Positions 8,988-17,606 of a DNA stretch of 64,000 bases are shown one piece after another (the first letter of the stretch is position 1; each line of letters begins with the position of its first letter). Position numbers and translations under genes: made by a program. Where the stretch lies: positions 21,498-85,497 of the forward strand of contig CACWLK010000003.1 of assembly GCA_902761715.1 (NCBI GenBank), in the 5' to 3' direction. Origin of the DNA: an uncultured Rhodospirillales bacterium (lineage in GTDB: Bacteria > Pseudomonadota > Alphaproteobacteria > RF32 > CAG-239). The notes beneath the pieces are model-generated. The model saw only the letters and a program-made list of their open reading frames with translations, was not told the DNA's origin and ran no database searches.

Positions 8988-9967
8988 GCAAGCAATTCTC
9001 TTATTTTTGCCGCAGCTTCAATTGAGGGGCGCAACTTGTGTTCGGGTGCAAAATCAACAATATCCTTTGCATCGGTACTGATTGCGTATTTGCCGTCAAC
9101 CAACGACTGAACAAAGCGCAAGTGCTTGCGTGTCAGCCATTTTTTGCCGGTAAACACCATTACCGGTTTTCCGGTTCCGCAGGCCTCACACGTCATTGAG
9201 ACCGAGTCTCCCGTAACAATAAAACGATCGGCACAGGCATAAAATCCCATAATCGGGTTTTCTTTTTCCTCTCCCCACAAATATGTGTATGTCGGAATAC
9301 CATTTATCTTGTTCATTATGATATTTTCGGCGCTTTTGCCGGTCCGTCGAGAAGACGTAATCAATATCGAGCCGCTCACCTGATTCTGTACCGAAGCGAT
9401 AGCTTCTGCCAACATTGAGGCATTATCATCAGTAAAAGGTTTGCCTTTAATTGAGCCGCCGACCAAAACGGCAGTCAAAGGTTGGGGCAACTTGGCAAAT
9501 TCATTGTGCCATTTTTCTTTTGCCTCGGCCAAGGTCTTGTCGTTTATGCGGTGTGGGCAGCCGGTAATATAAAACAAATTTTTACCCGATACCTTGCCTT
9601 GGTCATGCTTGGAAACAATTACCAGGTCCATGTCGGACAAACCATATTTTCCCGGCAACATCAATTGAATTATCTTGGTTTTTCCCTTTGACTTGCGCTT
9701 AATCCACAGAGCAATCGGAGCAGTTCTGCGGCTGATTGACAGCACGGCATCGGGATAATCTGTTGTTTTGAGACAATCTGATTTTTTTGTATCAACGCCG
9801 ATCAAAAAAGTACGACCTCTGATAGCATTGGGCAAGGCTGCATATTTTGTATAAACAATTTTCTTTTCTACAATATCAAAATCACTATCCAGTTCCTGCA
9901 AAATTCCTTTTGCCTGACCGACACTTCCCATACGGTTATCCAGCAATACCCAAATAGTTTTTTTCAT
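8984..9967 (-). CDS. ELM1 / DUF1022-family (mitochondrial-fission-ELM1-like, glycosyltransferase-like) protein
   Basis: N-terminus MKKTIWVLLDNRMGSVGQAKGI, about 327 aa, two Rossmann-like halves. Start moved to the internal ATG at 9967 so that it does not overlap the divergent gene at 10059. Family call is from a recalled pattern. Confidence 0.6.
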   Translation of the reverse strand: MKKTIWVLLDNRMGSVGQAKGILQELDSDFDIVEKKIVYTKYAALPNAIRGRTFLIGVDTKKSDCLKTTDYPDAVLSISRRTAPIALWIKRKSKGKTKIIQLMLPGKYGLSDMDLVIVSKHDQGKVSGKNLFYITGCPHRINDKTLAEAKEKWHNEFAKLPQPLTAVLVGGSIKGKPFTDDNASMLAEAIASVQNQVSGSILITSSRRTGKSAENIIMNKINGIPTYTYLWGEEKENPIMGFYACADRFIVTGDSVSMTCEACGTGKPVMVFTGKKWLTRKHLRFVQSLVDGKYAISTDAKDIVDFAPEHKLRPSIEAAAKIRELLA

Positions 9968-10058
9968 AAAAACCTCACTACACAATTGCAAACAATTTGT
10001 TTGTATTATATTATTACCGATAGCAAACTCAATCATTAATTTACAATGAGGGGACAAT

Positions 10059-10361
10059 ATGAAAACATTATCCGTGACTATGCTTGCACTTTTTTTGTTT
10101 ACTGGTGTTGCCAATGCTCAGTTTGCCGCCAGCAAAGATGCCCAATACCTTGCGGTTGTAAAGGCAGTCGCTAACTATAAAATTGACGATGAAGAAAATT
10201 TGCGTCAGGTTGAAGAACTGCGCGATAACGAAAAATTTAATAACAAACTCCAAAAAATGCTCGACAAACTCAGCAACAAACGCACCAAAGACTCAACCAA
10301 TCAGCGAGTTTTACAAATCTTAAAACGCACCGGCAAAGAGCTCAATGACCTGCTTGACTAA
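10059..10361 (+). CDS. Small secreted helical protein, unknown function
   Basis: Signal peptide MKTLSVTMLALFLFTGVANA|Q, then a charged helical 80 aa. SD is GGGGA. Confidence 0.5.
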   Translation: MKTLSVTMLALFLFTGVANAQFAASKDAQYLAVVKAVANYKIDDEENLRQVEELRDNEKFNNKLQKMLDKLSNKRTKDSTNQRVLQILKRTGKELNDLLD

Positions 10362-10431
10362 AAAACAAGTTGCCATTTTTGTCAAAAAGTGCTAAATTCC
10401 CGCCAAATAATTTTAGAAAAGGGCACATACC

Positions 10432-10950
10432 ATGAAAAAAATCAACTTAATAACTCTCGGATTATGCTTTATTTTGAGCGCTTGCCATTGTGTAAGTTGC
10501 AACCACGGGAACTGTGAAAACTACTATGCATTGTTCTGCAATCAACCTCGTCGCCAACCGACCATAGCCATGGCTCAGCCGACAGTTACTATGGTTCAGC
10601 CGCAAAAGGTCATTGTTCCGGCTCCGGTTGTTCAAGACAAAATCACTTATTATGTTGTAGAGCAAGACACAAGCTGTGTCAGCGAAAGCGCCGTAATTAA
10701 AGCCCCGACCGTCAGCAAAGATGTAAAAGTTGATGCCAACGAATACAAATCATTTTCTGATCGTGTCTCCGTAAAAGAGCAGAACGGCAACACCGTTACC
10801 TATGAATATCGTGATATTCAGGTTGACGAGATGATGCCGTTGGCCGCACATTACTGCCGCGAACATGGCAACCGTACTGCCATCATGCGCAAAATCAATC
10901 TTTATCACGGCTACTACCGCCGTGTTACCTTTGATTGCGTAAACTTGTAA
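10432..10950 (+). CDS. Cys-rich lipoprotein, unknown function
   Basis: Lipobox ILSAC after a basic n-region. Mature N-terminus is CHCVSCNHGNCENYYALFC. Confidence 0.55.
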   Translation: MKKINLITLGLCFILSACHCVSCNHGNCENYYALFCNQPRRQPTIAMAQPTVTMVQPQKVIVPAPVVQDKITYYVVEQDTSCVSESAVIKAPTVSKDVKVDANEYKSFSDRVSVKEQNGNTVTYEYRDIQVDEMMPLAAHYCREHGNRTAIMRKINLYHGYYRRVTFDCVNL

Positions 10951-11001
10951 TCACCGAAAATAAACCCTATATAGATACTGAAAGGTCGTGAAAAGTATCA
11001 A

Positions 11002-11910
11002 ATGGGCAAAGATTTATATGCAATATTAGGTGTTAGCAAAAATGCAAGCAAGACGGATATCAAATCCGCCTATCACAAGCTTGCTCGCAAATACCACCCT
11101 GATGTCAACAAGGACAATCCTTCGGCGGCTGAAAAGTTCAAAGAAATTTCTGCCGCCTATGACATTTTGGGTGATGAGTCTAAGCGTGCCAAATATGACA
11201 ATAACGAAATCGATTCGGACGGCAAACCCACAGGTTTTGGCGCCGGATTCGGTCAAAACGGCAACCCCTTTGGCGGGGACAACGGTTTTTATTACTCAAC
11301 GTCAGGCGGGCAGGGTGCCAACTTTGATTTTTCATCAATTTTCGGAGACGACATTTTCTCTGCTTTTGGCGGAGCCGGACGTCGTCAGACACGTTCTCGC
11401 AAAGGCGAGGACATTGCCTATACAATGAAAGTTGACTTTTTGTCTGCCGTAAAAGGCTCGGAAAAACAGGTCAAAATTGGCGGTCGTAACATCAATGTCA
11501 AAATTCCGGCCGGCACTGTTGACGGGCAGACGTTGCGCCTTAAGGGTTTGGGCAACCCCGGACATATGGGCGGAGAAAACGGAGATGTTCTAATCACTCT
11601 CAACGTTACCAAACACCCTTATTTTGCTCTTGACGGACAAAATGTGGTTATGGATTTGCCCATCAGCCTCAAAGAAGCGATTTTAGGCGCCAAAATCGTC
11701 GTTCCGACCATTGACGGAAGTGTGGCGGTAAAAATCCCTCCATACGCTCGTAGCGGCGAAAAATTGCGCTTAAAAGGCAAAGGATTGAAAAACTTTAAAG
11801 GCACCGGCGACCAAATAATGACCTTAAAGATAATTTCCCCCGCCCAAAAAAGTGCTGAACTGGACAAGGCAGTATCCAACCTGCCCGATGAAAACGTCAG
11901 GAGTTTTTGA
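11002..11910 (+). CDS. cbpA: DnaJ-class co-chaperone without zinc finger (CbpA-like curved-DNA-binding protein)
   Basis: J-domain DLYAILGV...[11 protein letters not shown], a G/F-rich linker and two DnaJ C-terminal beta domains. No CxxCxGxG repeats. Confidence 0.85.
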   Translation: MGKDLYAILGVSKNASKTDIKSAYHKLARKYHPDVNKDNPSAAEKFKEISAAYDILGDESKRAKYDNNEIDSDGKPTGFGAGFGQNGNPFGGDNGFYYSTSGGQGANFDFSSIFGDDIFSAFGGAGRRQTRSRKGEDIAYTMKVDFLSAVKGSEKQVKIGGRNINVKIPAGTVDGQTLRLKGLGNPGHMGGENGDVLITLNVTKHPYFALDGQNVVMDLPISLKEAILGAKIVVPTIDGSVAVKIPPYARSGEKLRLKGKGLKNFKGTGDQIMTLKIISPAQKSAELDKAVSNLPDENVRSF

Positions 11911-12470
11911 TGCTGATAGAGGCTATACGTGACTTTGAATGGCTTAATGAGCCGGACTTTTGCCTTGTAAACGACGCTTTTGAAATTACTCCGTCTTGCA
12001 AAACCGACTTTTGGCAAGACGTAAACCACAATGTTTCTCGTGATAACGGGCACTTCTTTTTTGTTCGCTACTTGCGTGATTTTATTCTTACCGCTAAATG
12101 GCAAATTAACCCCGAGCAACCCTGCGGGGCGCAATGTGGCCTAATGGGGCGTTTTGATGAGCGTAATTGGTGCAAAATTTCCCTTGTTCGCAATGCTGAC
12201 CAAAGCTGGGCAGTTGCCGCCACCGTTTGCCGTCAGGGGATATCCGATTTGTCATTGGTACCTTTGGCTTTGATTTCTGACCAAATGTCATATCGGCTCG
12301 AATCTTACCAAGGCAGTTTTTGCCTGTCTTATTCTCTCAATAGCAAAGACTATATACGTGTTCGCCTTTTCCAAATTCCGACTTCATACGCCGAAATCAA
12401 AGCCGGCGCATATATCTGCAATCCGTCTGAAGAAAAATTTTCTTCCATGTTACTTGAAGTCAGCCGCTGA
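11907..12470 (+). CDS. DUF1349 (concanavalin-like, Ree1-type) protein
   Basis: 187 aa with an ATGA overlap with cbpA. Pattern WLNEP...TDFWQ...DNGHFFF...AKW...GLM is typical of DUF1349 as I recall it. Confidence 0.65.
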   Translation: MMLIEAIRDFEWLNEPDFCLVNDAFEITPSCKTDFWQDVNHNVSRDNGHFFFVRYLRDFILTAKWQINPEQPCGAQCGLMGRFDERNWCKISLVRNADQSWAVAATVCRQGISDLSLVPLALISDQMSYRLESYQGSFCLSYSLNSKDYIRVRLFQIPTSYAEIKAGAYICNPSEEKFSSMLLEVSR

Positions 12471-12473
12471 TTT

Positions 12474-13052
12474 TTATTGGAAGAAAAACAGCACTGCGCA
12501 TTTTGATCCGTTACAAATACAATGCTTTGAGGTCTCTTCAGGTTTAAGCGGCAGTTTTGATGATTCGTATTCTCCGTCGCTCAATCTTTCGGGGAAGAAC
12601 TTCGGCATTAAATATCCGCTTGGGCTGATCATTAAATATTTTAACCCCGAAGACTCACTTTTGCCCCAATCGGCAGAAGCAATTGCCTGACAAGCCTTAG
12701 GTGGCAACCCACCATACAAAATGGCAAACCCTTCGCCATTGCTTACAGAACTCAAATGCACATCTCCCTTGAACGGGTTATGCAATACCAACGGCGACAC
12801 AATCATATCTTTGGGCAAAATTCCCATCTGCACGGCGCTCAGGTTTCCCAGTCCGTCGTACGGTGCCCGCCAATTATAAATAGAATATGTGTTGTTAATG
12901 AGGGTGGCAATTTGGTTCAATGTATTATTGATTTTTGCCCGTTCCATCAGGTGTAAATATATCGAAAAACTCGATGCCCCGATAATCGCAATACATGCAA
13001 AAGTAATCAGCAGATTTTTAACGGAAAAAGCACGATATTTTGAGTCTTTCAT
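12474..13052 (-). CDS. Pilin-fold paralogue with degenerate prepilin signal (PilV-position minor pilin-like)
   Basis: Alignable by eye to the pilin at 15245-15802 (YxxAxAKxK..., YDGL, ...MG..., ACxAIAS(A/S)DWG). The leader MKDSKYRA|FSVKN has Ala at -1 and Asn at +5. SD GAGGGAGAG precedes the ATG at 13052. Confidence 0.55.
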   Translation of the reverse strand: MKDSKYRAFSVKNLLITFACIAIIGASSFSIYLHLMERAKINNTLNQIATLINNTYSIYNWRAPYDGLGNLSAVQMGILPKDMIVSPLVLHNPFKGDVHLSSVSNGEGFAILYGGLPPKACQAIASADWGKSESSGLKYLMISPSGYLMPKFFPERLSDGEYESSKLPLKPEETSKHCICNGSKCAVLFFFQ

Positions 13053-13097
13053 AATATTTCTCTCCCTCAAGCCAAAAACTGACATTAATCTAGAACA

Positions 13098-14858
13098 TTA
13101 TTTTGTATTTGTCCACATCCTTGTGCTGACATTCTGCCACCCCAAAGCATAAGAGAACGGATTGCCCGATTCCATTTTTCGAACAAATTTGAGTGCAATT
13201 TTTCCGTCTGTCGGAATATCTTTTTTGCTCAAACATATTTCTCTCTCAAACGGAGCGTTTTCAAACTGGGCAAATTCCCATTCGCCGATTTTTCTGCCGT
13301 TGAGCATAACCTCAACTTTTTCATCTGATTTATTTTTAATCAGCAAAAATTTAGCCTTAAGACACAATCCGTTTTCGTTCCCGACCGCAAAGTTCAATCC
13401 GTCGCTCCAAACTGCACCGAAAACATTGTCTTTTGTCTCAATCAATGAAGTTGCATAAGGCTTAATTTGGTTGCCGACCAATGCGGCTCCGATCGGCAAA
13501 TCTTCAAAAGCGAGCTTTATATTTTTTTCGGCACCGTTAAGGTTTTTATAAAAGCCGGAACTTTTCATAAACTCCAAATCAAGGTTTTTGCCATATTTTT
13601 CAAACAATGTTTGTTCGCTTCTCCACAACGAGCGCCCCAAACCGAACGCCGGTGCCTCAAATCCGATAGCCTCCATAATTGTCGGTGCCATATCCAAAGT
13701 TGTCCATAGGTGTTTTTTCTCGCTCAAACCTTCAACCGGATTGATAACGGCATTAAAAATCTGCCGTTCTTTTTTATCAGGATAAATATCATTTTTGCCT
13801 ACAAAAATATGGTCTCCCATGACAACAATCGTCGTATTGGCATAAAAATCCTGTTTTTGTACCCAACGCACAAAATCCGCTGCCATTTTATCGGCACATT
13901 TTACAATATCACGCCGATCACCGAACTGTTTGTTGCATTGAGCGTCCAAATACTCATTGGGATAATGCATATCAAGGGTTGTCATAACCGCCAAAAACGG
14001 CTTTTTTTGTGCAGCCAACCAAGTGATTTTCTGCTTAAACACGCCATATAATTCGCTGTCTTTAACCCCCCAATCATTACCTTTGGTGTTGCCTGACAGC
14101 TCATGCAATCCCTGCAGTTCTCTAAAACCGTGTTGTGCCATAAATTTTCCGGTCATGGCAAAATCAAGCGACGCCCCTTTCAAAAAATAAGTGTTGTACC
14201 CGTTTTTTGCCAACACATCAGAAACACACACCGCATTAGGCAAGGTGTTGTCTAACAAATTTTGCAAATTATAGTTCTTAAACTCAAATTTATATGCCAA
14301 ACCGCAAAGCGCCGAGGTCTGCCCCAAAATCGTGGCCTTGGTATATTCCAGCTGGTTAAAGTTTTTAAAAAAGTGGTTTTCATCGGCAATTTCCGACAGT
14401 TCCGGCAACAAATTACCGCCGTTTCCATCATAATCACAATAATCGCTTTCCATAGATTCCAAAAACAGCACAATCAGATTGCGTTTTGGTGCTTCCGCTG
14501 ACGGTGCGTTAAAAGTTTTGTACTCGTCTTCATACAGGGTTGAGACATCATCAGCTCCCAACCAATAATCAACCGCCTTAAAGGTATAAACAAACATGGC
14601 GATTGCAATTATCGGCGCAACAAGAGCAAATTTTTTATAATACTTACAAGCAATTGCAAACAAAATTGCTCCCAACGCAATCCACAGCCCAAAAGCAAAT
14701 TTCAGACTGGGACCGACATCGGCACAGGTCAACACATATGCAAAAACATGGTCAATTCGCGCTCTTCCCCAAAAAAACAGCGTTAACCCGCACACGGCGG
14801 TAATCCCGCCGGCAACAAACATCAACAAACTTAATATGGCATTGAATATTTTTTTCAT
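13098..14858 (-). CDS. Membrane-anchored sulfatase-superfamily transferase (LtaS / OpgB phosphoglycerol-transferase-like)
   Basis: About 5 N-terminal TM helices followed by a sulfatase domain with NLIVLFLESMES, TTLDMHYP and VVMGDH. SD GAGGGA precedes the ATG at 14858; the ORF track's longer start at 14978 has no SD. Confidence 0.75.
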   Translation of the reverse strand: MKKIFNAILSLLMFVAGGITAVCGLTLFFWGRARIDHVFAYVLTCADVGPSLKFAFGLWIALGAILFAIACKYYKKFALVAPIIAIAMFVYTFKAVDYWLGADDVSTLYEDEYKTFNAPSAEAPKRNLIVLFLESMESDYCDYDGNGGNLLPELSEIADENHFFKNFNQLEYTKATILGQTSALCGLAYKFEFKNYNLQNLLDNTLPNAVCVSDVLAKNGYNTYFLKGASLDFAMTGKFMAQHGFRELQGLHELSGNTKGNDWGVKDSELYGVFKQKITWLAAQKKPFLAVMTTLDMHYPNEYLDAQCNKQFGDRRDIVKCADKMAADFVRWVQKQDFYANTTIVVMGDHIFVGKNDIYPDKKERQIFNAVINPVEGLSEKKHLWTTLDMAPTIMEAIGFEAPAFGLGRSLWRSEQTLFEKYGKNLDLEFMKSSGFYKNLNGAEKNIKLAFEDLPIGAALVGNQIKPYATSLIETKDNVFGAVWSDGLNFAVGNENGLCLKAKFLLIKNKSDEKVEVMLNGRKIGEWEFAQFENAPFEREICLSKKDIPTDGKIALKFVRKMESGNPFSYALGWQNVSTRMWTNTK

Positions 14859-15183
14859 TTTTTCCCTCACCAACAGGCTATATTTTTTTTGACTGGTCTG
14901 CAATGTTTTTTGTTTTGTATTCCCCCGTCTCATCAGTAAGCGACTTGTCAATTCCCAAAACACCCGTCGTCGCTTCAAAAGAGTAAGTCAAAAAACAGTC
15001 ATCCCTCGTTTTCGCAAGAAAACGTCAGGGGATCTACCTTGTTTTAAAATATTGAAGATAACAAATTTTCTTAAAAATTTTGAAGATCGCTTGACCAAAA
15101 GTCTTGCGCTTTTGGAGCGATGACATATTTGATTTAGGAATAATATCCAAAACAGACACGCTGTGCGATGAATGACATTCGCA

Positions 15184-15216
15184 CAAAAAAAGAGGACGGT
15201 AATTACCGTCCTCTTT
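15184..15216 (-). terminator. Strong rho-independent terminator after the major pilin gene
   Basis: Minus strand: AAAGAGGACGG-TAATTA-CCGTCCTCTTT perfect stem followed by TTTTTTT, about 30 nt after the pilin stop. Confidence 0.75.
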
Positions 15217-15244
15217 AATCAAATTTCCGTTACGGAAGTGCTTA

Positions 15245-15802
15245 TTAGTAGTATTCCCAAGTAACAGAGTTAGCATCGCCAACGGCATTGCAACCGGCAG
15301 CAGCATCAGACAACTTCAAAGGCAAAGTACCTGCAGCTGTTGTACCAGACTTAGTTCCGGCTGTGATTGATACCAAACCTGAACCTGAACCAGAACCCCA
15401 GTCAGAAGAAGCAATAGCTACGCAAGCATCTTTAGACAAACCGGCAAATTTCAATTTGAAAGTTTGTGCAGGTGTACCATCAATAGTAACAGCACCATTA
15501 AATGCGTTATAAGCAGCTGTAGCAGTTGTCGGTGATTTACCGTTCAACATTTCGGCACCGACAGCACCCATCTGAATCATAGTTTGTGTTGTCAAACCAT
15601 CATAGTTCGGCTGACCAGAATACAAGGTACGAATGTTGGTAACAGTGGTAGAAACCTGATCCATACATTTGGTCAATTTATATTTTGCCATAGCTTTTGA
15701 ATAACCGGCAATACCACCAACTGACAAAACGCCGATAATTGCTAACACACCAAGCATTTCAACCATTGAACGTCCGGTCTGTTCACTTCTCATTTTCATC
15801 AT
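15245..15802 (-). CDS. pilS: Type IV prepilin (major pilin candidate; PilS position in R64/PAPI-1 nomenclature)
   Basis: Class III signal MMKMRSEQTG|RSMVEMLGVLAIIGVLS has Gly -1, Glu +5 and a hydrophobic helix. There is a C-terminal Cys pair. SD GAGGAG lies 7 nt before the ATG at 15802. Confidence 0.8.
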   Translation of the reverse strand: MMKMRSEQTGRSMVEMLGVLAIIGVLSVGGIAGYSKAMAKYKLTKCMDQVSTTVTNIRTLYSGQPNYDGLTTQTMIQMGAVGAEMLNGKSPTTATAAYNAFNGAVTIDGTPAQTFKLKFAGLSKDACVAIASSDWGSGSGSGLVSITAGTKSGTTAAGTLPLKLSDAAAGCNAVGDANSVTWEYY

Positions 15803-15839
15803 TTGAATCTCCTCAAAAAATATCACATCCCACTTAAAC

Positions 15840-15868
15840 ATTATATTGCATTTTGACAACATAAGCAA
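15840..15868 (-). promoter_or_regulatory. Putative sigma70 promoter for the pilin gene
   Basis: Minus strand TTGCTT - 17 nt - TATAAT, about 38 nt upstream of the pilin ATG. Confidence 0.45.
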
Positions 15869-15901
15869 GCGTTTTTTGTTCTGAAAACCCTTTTGCCGTC
15901 G

Positions 15902-16462
15902 CTATTCAAAAGTCCAAATAACCTTTGCCTTGCTCGAGCAAAAACTTTTTGCTTCGACCCGACTTATCGGGAGCATGTGGTCTTCTGCACCCCACTCAAA
16001 TGTTTGGCTTTTTTCGCCATTCACAATCGTGATTTGCAAAAGTCCCAAGTTTTCCGGTTGCTCAAACCGATAAGCCGCAACACTTACGCATTCTTCCGCA
16101 GACAAATCAGTATAAACAACGTCAAAGCTTTTTTCGCCGGGCATGATCACGTCTCCGTTCTCGCCTTTTCCTATCAGAATAGGTTTGCCCAGGGCATTAA
16201 TCAGCTGATTATTTTTATAACGATATTTGGTTAATATATCGTTACCAAAAAAAGATTTTGTACTCAATTGCCAATAACTGGCTTTATTTGCATAAATTTT
16301 ATGCACGTCAGCGGCAATTTTCATAACATCTTCGGCGGCGTTTTTGCTGTCAGAATGTCTGTTTTTACCAACCGACATCAAACACATAACCACAACCGCC
16401 AAACCGATTATGCCGATAATCCATAATAATTTTTTATTGTTATTTTTATTTTTTTTAACCAT
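15902..16462 (-). CDS. Pilin-fold paralogue lacking a prepilin cleavage motif (membrane-anchored)
   Basis: N-terminal basic stretch plus TM (KKLLWIIGIIGLAVVVMCLM). The C-terminal part parallels the pilin (DLSAEECVSVAA..., final ...VIWTFE versus ...VTWEYY). The start ATG lies 1 nt after the stop of the upstream platform gene. Confidence 0.5.
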   Translation of the reverse strand: MVKKNKNNNKKLLWIIGIIGLAVVVMCLMSVGKNRHSDSKNAAEDVMKIAADVHKIYANKASYWQLSTKSFFGNDILTKYRYKNNQLINALGKPILIGKGENGDVIMPGEKSFDVVYTDLSAEECVSVAAYRFEQPENLGLLQITIVNGEKSQTFEWGAEDHMLPISRVEAKSFCSSKAKVIWTFE

Positions 16463-16463
16463 G

Positions 16464-17591
16464 TTAGCCAATTCCCATCGCACTGGTAATTTGGTCTTGC
16501 ATGACAAATGTACCCATAACCGCCCAGGCAATAACGCCTGAAACCAACAGCAAAGCCACCATGTTCAAAATTCCGGCTTTTTGCTCAATGGTATAAGCGG
16601 AGTTGTCCAACCATTCATTAGCCAGCTTGTCCAAAGCCTCTTCAAAGTTATCCATTTCTGAATAAATCTTAAGGTCGCCGATAATTTCCGGATCAGGAAA
16701 CTCCAGTCCGGTCTTGGCTAAAGCTTGTCCCAAGTTATCACCGTTGTTGATGAACACTAAGGTTTTATCAATTCTTTCTTTCAAATATCGGGTAGAGTCA
16801 CGGCGCAAAGCACGCAGAGCATTGGCCACCGGCGTACCGCCTTTGATCAATGCGGACATTGCCAACAGCCACGTAATGCCTACAAATACCTTATACAAAG
16901 ACCATGGCGGGAGTTTGTCAAATATAGCCCTGATACTTCCGGTCCAAACCCCGATTGTGGCATAAATAATTATACCTGATACCGGCACAATCGAAAAAGC
17001 AATCGGCCAATAAACTCTGATCCAGTCTGACAAATCAGCCAAGTTTTTAGCAATACCTGTCCATTGCACATTTGGCGCAGCCTCAATCATCGGCGGCACC
17101 ATATAGGCACCGATACCATAAATAATAAGGGTTACCATCATTAACAAAAACGCCGGATAACTGATTGCACCGATAATCGGTCGAATCATCTTGGTGGTAC
17201 CTTCCGTAACCTTAATCAGGTTCAGCAACGCACTTTCCAAGTCAGAAACGTCGCCCACTGACAACATCAGTCTTTCACGGTCGGGAGCCCATCCGCGCAA
17301 CGCTTCCGAAAACGGTTGACCGTTTTGCAGGGCGTTTGCCCAGCTGGCAATTGCAATCGCCATCGGTTCGCTTGGGTTTTTGCCGTCATTGGTAACAGTT
17401 GCATGCAACATATCCAAAGCATTCATCAATGAAAATCGGTTTGACATCAAAGATGCAATTTTGCGGTACATTTTTAAGCGCGTTTCACCCGACATATTAC
17501 AAATCATTTTGGCATAATAAACCTCAATCGTGTTCAGCTTGCGCATAGCTTTGGCTAAATTGGAGTTTATTTGTCTGTTTTCATTTGCCAT
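16464..17591 (-). CDS. pilR: GspF/PilC-family inner-membrane platform protein (PilR in R64 nomenclature)
   Basis: 375 aa with two GspF-type repeats, each a cytoplasmic helical bundle followed by TM helices. Sits directly downstream of the GspE ATPase. Confidence 0.85.
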   Translation of the reverse strand: MANENRQINSNLAKAMRKLNTIEVYYAKMICNMSGETRLKMYRKIASLMSNRFSLMNALDMLHATVTNDGKNPSEPMAIAIASWANALQNGQPFSEALRGWAPDRERLMLSVGDVSDLESALLNLIKVTEGTTKMIRPIIGAISYPAFLLMMVTLIIYGIGAYMVPPMIEAAPNVQWTGIAKNLADLSDWIRVYWPIAFSIVPVSGIIIYATIGVWTGSIRAIFDKLPPWSLYKVFVGITWLLAMSALIKGGTPVANALRALRRDSTRYLKERIDKTLVFINNGDNLGQALAKTGLEFPDPEIIGDLKIYSEMDNFEEALDKLANEWLDNSAYTIEQKAGILNMVALLLVSGVIAWAVMGTFVMQDQITSAMGIG

Positions 17592-17606
17592 AAAACTTCT
17601 CCATCA

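Noticed and set aside
8984-10114. Long N-terminal extensions offered by the ORF track (8984-10114, 13098-14978, 15245-15868, 15902-16531, 26617-26982, 30324-31829, 38621-39397, 51106-51777, 51777-53081).
   Set aside because: In each case an internal ATG/GTG has a good SD and yields a proper signal peptide or N-terminus. The longer form would overlap a neighbouring gene or lack an SD. The shorter coordinates are used in the feature table.
12358-12700. A shufflon-type invertible region at the 3' end of the PilV-position gene, as in R64.
   Set aside because: I found no sets of ~19-bp inverted repeats, no alternative C-terminal exon segments and no Rci-type recombinase gene. The plus-strand ORF at 12358-12690 merely overlaps the convergent gene ends.
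15034-15306. 90-aa ORF in the spacer between the pilin gene and the sulfatase-family gene.
   Set aside because: It starts inside the pilin coding region on the same strand, in another frame, and runs through the pilin terminator. It has no SD.
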